Source: Eubacterium sp.
GTDB taxonomy: Bacteria > Bacillota > Clostridia > Oscillospirales > Acutalibacteraceae
Direction: 5' to 3'
DNA length: 64,000 nt
Assembly (NCBI GenBank): GCA_017886765.1
Contig: JAGHJI010000064.1
Location: 24-64,023, forward strand
Numbering within the stretch: the stretch's first letter is position 1; every line of letters starts with the position of its first letter. This document shows, piece by piece, positions 58,384-64,000 of this stretch. The translations under genes and the position numbers were made by a program. Under the pieces are notes generated by a model that worked only from the letters and a program-made list of their open reading frames with translations, was not told the DNA's origin and searched no databases.

Positions 58384-59478
58384 ATGAAAAAGAGAATTTT
58401 TTTTATTGTAAATAATCTTTCCGGAGGCGGCGCTGAAAGAGTTATCAGTATCATTTCAAACTATCTGATAAAACAGGATTACCAGGTTACAATCCTGATG
58501 CTTCGCTCAGATAAATGCGTGTATGCGCTTGACCCTTCAATAAAACTGATTAAACGAGAGAATGTGAAGGATAATGACGCTTTAAATCAGATAAAATTTA
58601 TCAGAAACTGGTATAAAAAAGAGCCTGACGCGGTATTTGTTTCGTTTTTAAGAAAACAAAATCTCTATTCGCTTATGGCATCTATCGGATTAAATGTTAA
58701 ATTTATGTTTTCCGAACGGGCTAATCCTGACGTTAAATTCGAACCTTTAAACAAAGATTATATAGAGCTTTCTTTGCTGAAGAAATTTTCAGTCTTATCA
58801 AGCTGTAAAAAAATAGTATTTCAAACTCAGGGAGCAGCAAATTGTTATCCTGTAAAATCACAAAAAAAATCTGAAATCATACCTAATCCGTTAAATGAAA
58901 TTTCTTTGCCCGTATACAAAGGTGAAAGAAAAAAAACGATTTGCGCAGTCGGCAGATTAACAGGACAAAAAAATTACAGACTGCTTATTGACGCATTCGC
59001 TCAGTTTTCAAAGCCGCATCCCGATTACAAGCTGGAGATATACGGCGACGGCGGTTTGAGAAAAACAATGGAAAATTATATTGACAAACTGGGTCTGACC
59101 GATAAGATCGAACTCTGCGGCTTTTGCAAAGATGTTCACCAGCGGATTGCCGACGCAGGAATGTATGTTATGTCCTCGGATTTTGAAGGGCTTTCAAACG
59201 CCATGCTGGAGGCTATGGCATTAGGGCTTCCGGTCATATCGACCGATCATCCCCCCGGAGGCGCAAGAGCGTACATAAAAAGCTATGAAAACGGTATTCT
59301 TACTCCCGTGGGAGATGTGGACGCTATGGCGAAAGCCATGTGCTACATGGCGGAAAATCCGCAAAAGGCAAAAGAAATGGGACTAAAGGCTTCCTCCGTA
59401 CGTCAGGAGCTTTCAATGGACAGTATATGTAAAAAATGGAAAAAAGTATTTGACGAAATAGCAGAGGTAAAAGAATGA
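58384..59478 (+). CDS. Glycosyltransferase family 4
   Basis: GGAERV, VGRLTGQKN and EGLSNAMLEAMALG; likely ATG 58384. Confidence 0.9.
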   Translation: MKKRIFFIVNNLSGGGAERVISIISNYLIKQDYQVTILMLRSDKCVYALDPSIKLIKRENVKDNDALNQIKFIRNWYKKEPDAVFVSFLRKQNLYSLMASIGLNVKFMFSERANPDVKFEPLNKDYIELSLLKKFSVLSSCKKIVFQTQGAANCYPVKSQKKSEIIPNPLNEISLPVYKGERKKTICAVGRLTGQKNYRLLIDAFAQFSKPHPDYKLEIYGDGGLRKTMENYIDKLGLTDKIELCGFCKDVHQRIADAGMYVMSSDFEGLSNAMLEAMALGLPVISTDHPPGGARAYIKSYENGILTPVGDVDAMAKAMCYMAENPQKAKEMGLKASSVRQELSMDSICKKWKKVFDEIAEVKE

Positions 59479-60503
59479 GTAAATTCAACAAAATGGACCC
59501 CACCAAAATGTATTTCATAACCGGAGCGGCAGGCTTCATAGGTTTTCACCTGGCAAAGAAGCTGATGGAGCAGGGCGCTGCGGTTGTGGGAATAGATAAT
59601 ATGAACGATTACTATGACGTAAAGCTTAAAGAAGCGCGCCTGAATATACTGAATAAATTTGATCATTTCACTTTTATTAAGGGCAGCATTGCCGACAAGG
59701 CACTTGTTTTTCAGATCTTTACCGAGCACAAGCCGGATATCGTCGTAAACCTCGCGGCGCAGGCAGGGGTCAGATACTCCATTACAAATCCCGACGCTTA
59801 TATTGAGTCAAACATCGTGGGCTTTTTTAATATACTGGAGGCGTGCAGACACAATCCGGTGGAGCATCTGCTGTATGCTTCTTCCTCCTCCGTCTACGGT
59901 ATGCAGGAAAAAACGCCCTTTTCCGTTACCGACGACGTGTCACATCCCATAAGTCTCTATGCCGCCACGAAAAAGTCGGACGAGCTAATGGCTTTTACAT
60001 ATTCTCATCTTTACAATATACCCACTACGGGACTGCGCTTTTTCACGGTTTACGGACCTTACGGACGACCGGATATGGCGTATTTTGGCTTTACGAACAA
60101 GATGATCAAGGGCGAGACCATTCAGATATTCAATAACGGCGATATGAAACGCGATTTCACTTATATTGACGACATTGTTCAGGGTGTTGAAAATATGCTC
60201 TGTAATCCGCCCCGGGGTAATGACCCCGCAAAAATTTATAATATCGGCAACAATAAGCCCGAGGATCTGATGACATATATAGAAGTCCTTGAAAAAACGC
60301 TGATAAAAGAAGGCGTCATTACTGAGCCTGCAAAAAAAGAGTTTTTGCCCATGCAACCCGGCGATGTTTATCAGACTTACGCCGATGTGACAGAGCTTAT
60401 GAACGATTTTGACTTCAAACCAAGCACACCTATAGAAAAAGGCTTGGGTGAATTCGCAAAATGGTACAAATCCTTTTATGTTCAGGGAGGCGTTAAACAA
60501 TGA
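59475..60503 (+). CDS. NAD-dependent epimerase, UDP-glucuronate 4-epimerase-like
   Basis: [48 protein letters not shown] and MQPGDV. Confidence 0.92.
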   Translation: MSKFNKMDPTKMYFITGAAGFIGFHLAKKLMEQGAAVVGIDNMNDYYDVKLKEARLNILNKFDHFTFIKGSIADKALVFQIFTEHKPDIVVNLAAQAGVRYSITNPDAYIESNIVGFFNILEACRHNPVEHLLYASSSSVYGMQEKTPFSVTDDVSHPISLYAATKKSDELMAFTYSHLYNIPTTGLRFFTVYGPYGRPDMAYFGFTNKMIKGETIQIFNNGDMKRDFTYIDDIVQGVENMLCNPPRGNDPAKIYNIGNNKPEDLMTYIEVLEKTLIKEGVITEPAKKEFLPMQPGDVYQTYADVTELMNDFDFKPSTPIEKGLGEFAKWYKSFYVQGGVKQ

Positions 60504-61675
60504 AAATTGCGGTTGCGGGCACCGGATATGTAGGACTTTCGATTTCAGTCCTGCTGGCACAGAGCCATGAGGTTACTGCCGTTGATATCCTACAGGAAAA
60601 GGTGGATATAATCAACAGCGGCAATTCCCCTATTGTGGATAAAGAAATAGAAGATTATCTAAAAAATAAAGAGTTAAACCTAACCGCTACCACAGACGGA
60701 GAAACGGCATACAGTCAGGCGGATTTTGTGGTTATCTCCACACCCACCAACTATGACACAAAGCTCAATTTTTTTGACACATCTTCGGTGGAAAGCGTCA
60801 TCGAGCTGGTTATGAAGGTCAATCCGCAAGCCGTTATGGTCATCAAATCCACTGTTCCCGTTGGCTACACGGAGAATATCCGGAAAAAATATAATTGCGA
60901 TAAAATTATGTTTTCTCCGGAGTTTCTGCGTGAGGGGCACGCTCTGTATGATAACCTGTATCCGTCCAGAATCATTGTCGGTGCGCCGGACGATATGGCG
61001 CAGGACGCACAAACATTTGCCGGACTTCTAAAAGATAATGCCATAAAAACGGACGTTCCCGTATTGTTTACCAAGCCCACTGAGGCGGAAGCAGTCAAGC
61101 TGTTTGCCAATACATATCTTGCGCTGCGTGTGGCGTATTTTAACGAACTGGACACCTATGCCGAGCTTAGAGGGCTTGACACAAAACAGATCATTGAGGG
61201 CGTTTGTCTGGATCCGAGAATCGGCGACCACTACAATAACCCCAGTTTCGGCTACGGCGGCTACTGCCTGCCCAAGGACACGAAACAGCTGAGGGCGAAT
61301 TTTGCGGATGTACCCAGTAATCTCATCGGAGCAATCGTTGACGCAAACGTAACGAGAAAGGATTTTATCGCTGACAGGATTATTGAAAAAAATCCGAATA
61401 TCGTGGGTATTTACCGCCTTACAATGAAATCAAACTCGGATAATTTCCGACAGTCATCCATACAGGGCGTTATGAAACGCATAAAAGCCAAAGGAATTGA
61501 AGTCGTTGTTTACGAGCCTGTGCTGAAAGAGGACAAGTTTTTCAACAGCCGCGTAATAAAGGACCTGGGTGAATTTAAGAAAATATCCGACGTTATTGTC
61601 GTAAACCGCTTTGACAGTGAGATTGAGGACGTCAAGGACAAGGTTTACACAAGAGATTTATTTTTCAGAGATTAG
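60500..61675 (+). CDS. ugd: UDP-glucose 6-dehydrogenase
   Basis: [32 protein letters not shown] and NFRQS. Confidence 0.96.
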   Translation: MKIAVAGTGYVGLSISVLLAQSHEVTAVDILQEKVDIINSGNSPIVDKEIEDYLKNKELNLTATTDGETAYSQADFVVISTPTNYDTKLNFFDTSSVESVIELVMKVNPQAVMVIKSTVPVGYTENIRKKYNCDKIMFSPEFLREGHALYDNLYPSRIIVGAPDDMAQDAQTFAGLLKDNAIKTDVPVLFTKPTEAEAVKLFANTYLALRVAYFNELDTYAELRGLDTKQIIEGVCLDPRIGDHYNNPSFGYGGYCLPKDTKQLRANFADVPSNLIGAIVDANVTRKDFIADRIIEKNPNIVGIYRLTMKSNSDNFRQSSIQGVMKRIKAKGIEVVVYEPVLKEDKFFNSRVIKDLGEFKKISDVIVVNRFDSEIEDVKDKVYTRDLFFRD

Positions 61676-61692
61676 TTGGGGTGGTCAAATAA

Positions 61693-62574
61693 ATGAATAT
61701 TTTTGAACGGGGTTTCATGTATCTGGCGAGACACGGCTTTCTTAACTGGATGCCGGATAGGCCTTATTTGGAGATCTGCTACAAAATTCATATAGGAAAA
61801 AAATTAAATTTAAAAAACCCAAAATCTTTCAACGAAAAACTTCAGTGGCTTAAGCTTTATGACAGGAAACCTGAATACACAAAGATGGTTGACAAATATG
61901 AAGTGAAAAAGTATGTAGCGGATAGGATCGGCGAGGAATATATTATTCCCACCATAGGCGTATGGGACAAAGTCGAGGATATAGATTTTGACAAACTACC
62001 TGATCAGTTTGTGCTCAAATGCACACATGATTCAGGAGGCCTTGTTATTTGTAAAGACAAATCCACGCTGGATATTGATGAAGCAAAAAAGAAATTAAAG
62101 CATTTTTACAACAGAAAATATTTTTATCTTCACCGTGAATGGCCGTATAAAAATGTTAAACCAAGGATCATTGCCGAAAAATTTATGGTGGATGAATCCG
62201 GTACGGAATTAAAAGATTATAAATTTTTCTGCTTTGACGGCGAGCCGAAGGCTTTGTTTATAGCCACAGACCGCGGTATAGACACAAGATTTGATTTTTA
62301 TGACATGGAGTTTAATCATATGGATTTCACAAACGGTCATAAAAATTCAGATAAAACCATCAAAAAGCCTGAGGGGTTTGACGAGATGGTAAGGCTGTCA
62401 AAAATCTTGTCCAAAGGTATGCCGCATGTACGCGTTGATTTTTACGATATAAACGGAAAAGTATATTTCGGAGAAATAACCTTTTATCACTGGAGTGGTT
62501 TTGTACCGTTTGAACCGGAAAAGTACGACAAAATGTTCGGTGAATGGATAAATCTTCCTCAAAAAACAGACTAA
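61693..62574 (+). CDS. TupA-like ATP-grasp protein
   Basis: NPKSFNEKLQWLK, DKYEVK, LPDQFVLKCTHDSG, DYKFFCFDG, VRVDFY and YFGEITF. Confidence 0.88.
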   Translation: MNIFERGFMYLARHGFLNWMPDRPYLEICYKIHIGKKLNLKNPKSFNEKLQWLKLYDRKPEYTKMVDKYEVKKYVADRIGEEYIIPTIGVWDKVEDIDFDKLPDQFVLKCTHDSGGLVICKDKSTLDIDEAKKKLKHFYNRKYFYLHREWPYKNVKPRIIAEKFMVDESGTELKDYKFFCFDGEPKALFIATDRGIDTRFDFYDMEFNHMDFTNGHKNSDKTIKKPEGFDEMVRLSKILSKGMPHVRVDFYDINGKVYFGEITFYHWSGFVPFEPEKYDKMFGEWINLPQKTD

Positions 62575-62592
62575 TTATGAACAGGAGCACCC

Positions 62593-63894
62593 ATGATTGA
62601 AAAAACTTTAACTGCAATACCTGATGACAAGTATAAAAATGTCCGTCCGGATTGGGCGTTTTTTATATATTTTTCAATAATGTTTCTTTTTTATATGAAT
62701 ACTGTTATTCAGCTTGCAATTCAGCTGTTTATTCTGGCATATGTAGTTATAAGAAAAATATTTCCATCGGGAATTGTACGCTTAAAAAAAGATACCATTA
62801 AAAATATCATCTTCTTTGTCGTATGGTTTGGCGGACTGACTTTACTTTTTTTCCTTTCTACAAAATTCTGGGCATACGGACATGTAGAAGGTACAACTAC
62901 ACTAACAGATTTATTCAGATGCTTCGGAATAGGACTGGCAATGTTTTTATACATTGATTCCACCGAAAAAGTTTTATCTATCCTGCAATCTTTTGCCTAC
63001 GCTTCGGTAATTATGGGGGTTGCCGCACTTGTTACTACGTCACCGTCCCAGTACTTTCAGTCGGGAGACGATGGTTTTGGTCAGGTCATAGGCCAGCAAA
63101 GAAACGGCGTGGGGGCAGTAGGCGCGGGTATGACCGTTATATGCATTTACCTAAAAAGGTATACCGATTTTAAATACGGTTATTATATGTCGGCATTTTT
63201 TGTTGTCCTTACTGTTTTAACCGGTTCAAGAGGAGCTATTATTCAGCTTCTTATACTTTTTGTATTGATTGTTATTATAGATAAGAACCTTTTTAAAATG
63301 CTTACAAAAGTAATCATATTTGTGTTAGTTTCCACTGTAGTGCTTCTAATCATACGCAACGTACCGGCTCTTTATGAAAACATCTGGCTTAGATTCGGAG
63401 ATCTTTTCTCAACGATTACCGGTGAGGAAATCGAAGATGCCAGCACACAGGGACGAGAATTTTACAAGGAAATCGCTTGGATCATGTTTAAACAAAGACC
63501 GCTTACGGGCTATGGACTTGACGGTTTTAAACTCTATTTGCTTAATAATCCTATCTATAAAGGATATTATATTGATGCCACATACAGTCACTGTAACTTT
63601 TCCGAACTTATGGCGGACTTGGGAATTATGGGGCTGCTTATATGGTATGTACCGACATTTTATATTCTTATAAGAGGATTCATATACAGAAACTGCCACC
63701 CATTATCAAAAATAATGTTTTTCTGGCTGCTTTCCATGATTATTCTTGATTATGCAAGAATCCCCTGGTCTACACATCCTTCTTCATACCAATACTTCCT
63801 TGTATTTCTTTCCATTATCCTGATGTCAAATGAAGCGAAATATATAAAAAGAAAAAATGATAAAAGCACTACTCAAATAATAGAAAAGGATTAA
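62593..63894 (+). CDS. wzy: Wzy / O-antigen ligase-family polymerase
   Basis: About 11 hydrophobic segments, LTGSRG, periplasmic-loop R...PLTGYG...HCNFSELMADLG. Confidence 0.75.
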   Translation: MIEKTLTAIPDDKYKNVRPDWAFFIYFSIMFLFYMNTVIQLAIQLFILAYVVIRKIFPSGIVRLKKDTIKNIIFFVVWFGGLTLLFFLSTKFWAYGHVEGTTTLTDLFRCFGIGLAMFLYIDSTEKVLSILQSFAYASVIMGVAALVTTSPSQYFQSGDDGFGQVIGQQRNGVGAVGAGMTVICIYLKRYTDFKYGYYMSAFFVVLTVLTGSRGAIIQLLILFVLIVIIDKNLFKMLTKVIIFVLVSTVVLLIIRNVPALYENIWLRFGDLFSTITGEEIEDASTQGREFYKEIAWIMFKQRPLTGYGLDGFKLYLLNNPIYKGYYIDATYSHCNFSELMADLGIMGLLIWYVPTFYILIRGFIYRNCHPLSKIMFFWLLSMIILDYARIPWSTHPSSYQYFLVFLSIILMSNEAKYIKRKNDKSTTQIIEKD

Positions 63895-63897
63895 TCT

Positions 63898-64000
63898 ATG
63901 GGTAAGGTTCACAATTTTCTAAAAAAGCTTGATGATTTTAATAAACATTATCATTCAGTGAAAACCGAAAAAAATAAAATGGCGGATACCAGGCGAGCAA
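63898..64000 (+). CDS. 3'-truncated ORF continuing the polysaccharide operon, product undetermined
   Basis: AAAGGA RBS then ATG; open to the window end (MGKVHNFLKKLDDFNKHYHSVK...). Confidence 0.5.
   Translation, partial: MGKVHNFLKKLDDFNKHYHSVKTEKNKMADTRRA

Noticed and set aside
1097-63699. Numerous long antisense or overlapping ORFs in the track (e.g. 1097-2032, 17795-18739, 25810-26709, 11433-12170)
   Set aside because: They lie opposite well-supported genes, lack RBSs and recognisable motifs, and are expected shadows of codon bias.

Overview
A 64 kb chromosomal window from a low-GC Firmicute. Gene content, strong SigA promoters, T-boxes, and LexA and BirA boxes point to Clostridia, probably an Oscillospirales/Eubacterium-like gut organism (inference). 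In order, it holds: a partial Ig-like membrane protein; a CapD/PglF-type sugar dehydratase; trkH plus a trkA interrupted by an in-frame TAA; iolB; a polar amino-acid ABC transporter with a circularly permuted binding protein; an FN3-polysaccharide deacetylase; a complete echABCDEF-hypFCDE [NiFe] hydrogenase operon whose EchF has a duplicated ferredoxin module; frameshifted yccF and LMW-PTP genes with NUDIX and MazG-like neighbours; nfeD-SPFH; a GH29 fucosidase with two GPH/MelB-type transporters, one carrying a 325-aa charged tail; an orphan HPrK-like P-loop protein; LexA-boxed dinB; a Tam-like methyltransferase; T-box-leuA-ORFan-leuB; a PRTase, GH43, BirA-boxed bioY and a multidomain GH30; a PHP phosphatase, T-box-thrS, rny, Dabb and XRE; and the first ~16 kb of a Wzy-dependent capsule/EPS locus rich in modifying enzymes. 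No rRNA, tRNA, CRISPR array, transposase or integrase was seen. The strongest unexplained signals are non-coding. (1) A 173-nt structured element occurs twice, each time ending 4 nt before the ATG of an unrelated gene (methyltransferase and bioY). It has an internal promoter-like motif, a compensatory base change and two mutually exclusive folds, one burying the RBS. (2) A ~233-nt multi-hairpin repeat containing a GTAG REP occurs twice between convergent genes. (3) A nested-palindrome block with 31-bp terminal inverted repeats lies between the PHP gene and thrS. All product calls come from motif recognition by eye; no database was searched.
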